Origin: Gonapodya sp. JEL0774
Taxonomy: Eukaryota
Direction of reading: 5' to 3'
NCBI GenBank assembly: GCA_027604505.1
Contig: JADIIX010000132.1
Span: 1-64,000, forward strand
DNA: 64,000 bases
The notes beneath the pieces were generated by a model. It was not told the origin of the DNA, did not search any database, and saw only the letters and a list, made by a program, of their open reading frames with translations. Position 1 is the stretch's first letter. The number at the start of each line of letters is the position of its first letter. The position numbers were made by a program, and so were the translations under genes. Of this stretch, positions 63,071-64,000 are shown one piece after another.

Positions 63071-64000
63071 TCACGACGCCGGCCAGGGTTCCGCCTTGAA
63101 TTGGCCCGCAGCTATACGCTTCTCGACTGCGGCCTGCGGGTGGACGGGGAACGGAAATGGAGGTCGTGGAGGGCCAAATATCATAGGCACGGCAAGAGTG
63201 GGGAAGAGGGGTTGGGGGGGGCATGGGGCGGGACCATGAGAGGTGAGCGAACACATATACATCCCAGTCACGAACAATCGCCCGACAGCAAAGCCCCAGC
63301 CCACGACCCGGCTCTTCTCCGCGCGGACCCCACGTATTTCCTTCCGGTTCCACTCTGTCCAAAACTCACACCAGCCACGTCCCTCACGTGCGCGTAGAAT
63401 TTAGGCGAGCCGACCGCCAGGCTCTGAACGATGGTGTGTTCAGAGGTTTGGTCGAGACCTTTTGGGGGACCACCTGGGTTCGGAGGTTTGGGCGGGAGGG
63501 AGTATGGGTGAGGTGGGGTGGAGTGGAGCGGACATACGCGGGGGTAGAGTGCGTGCGTGAGGGAGGGGAGGGGTGGCCGATGCAGATGAGGACAGACACG
63601 CGGGGTGAGCATCCTTGGCGTGACAGAACGAGCTCCGGTCACCAACGTACCGGCACGGAAAGCGTATTTCCTAATTCCATCGGCGATGGACACGGCACAT
63701 CAAGGCATGGTGCGTGCGGGTGTCATCGAAGGTCGTCAGTTGGTCAGTTCGTCAGGCGGGATGGGATTGTTTCCGTGGGGAAGACAAGGAATGGGATCGG
63801 AGACGGGGACGGTCCACAATGGACACAGACGGACCCGAGGCCCCACCAAAAAAAAAAAAGAAAAATGGGAAGGGAAGAGAGGGGAGGGAGGATATGAATT
63901 GGGAAGTGGACCGTTACGACGGTGGACGAGACGGCGATCCCCAACCAAAAAACCACCGACCATCCGCCATCCGCCATCGCCATCCTCATACACCATCTCC
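63071..64000 (-). CDS. Probable 3' end of a multi-exon gene entering from the window edge (hypothetical)
   Basis: Pyrimidine-rich intron-like tracts alternate with short exon-like segments (PKGLDQTSEHTIVQSLAV; AVEKRIAAGQFKAEPWPAS*). The frame was not established. Confidence 0.35.

Overview
This is a gene-dense eukaryotic window with many short GT-AG introns, most likely from a zoosporic early-diverging fungus (chytrid or monoblepharid grade). That placement is inferred: fungal markers (two Zn2Cys6 transcription factors, ChAPs exomer subunit, MET2, Mss4-type PIP5K) sit beside a SCAR/WAVE gene and a DNAJB13/RSP16-type flagellar Hsp40. About 24 coding loci can be traced by manual splicing. They include an MFS transporter, a CINP-like protein, UBTD1/2, an SNF2 ATPase, a caprin-like RGG protein, a bZIP factor, an MBD4-type glycosylase, a FluG-type GS-I and SRR1/Ber1. 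The most notable observations are: a WAVE with about five WH2-like LKK[T/V] motifs; an intronless bacterial-type FlaR/adenylate-kinase-like gene (candidate horizontal transfer); an intronic box C/D snoRNA with a 14-nt LSU rRNA guide; a 5-nt intron-position shift between tandem TF paralogs; a possibly bistable RNA structure in a MET2 intron; and several co-oriented genes only about 90-120 nt apart. I found no CRISPR array, rRNA, tRNA or intact transposon. CDS coordinates span introns, exon models are manual, and family calls come from motif recognition rather than database searches.
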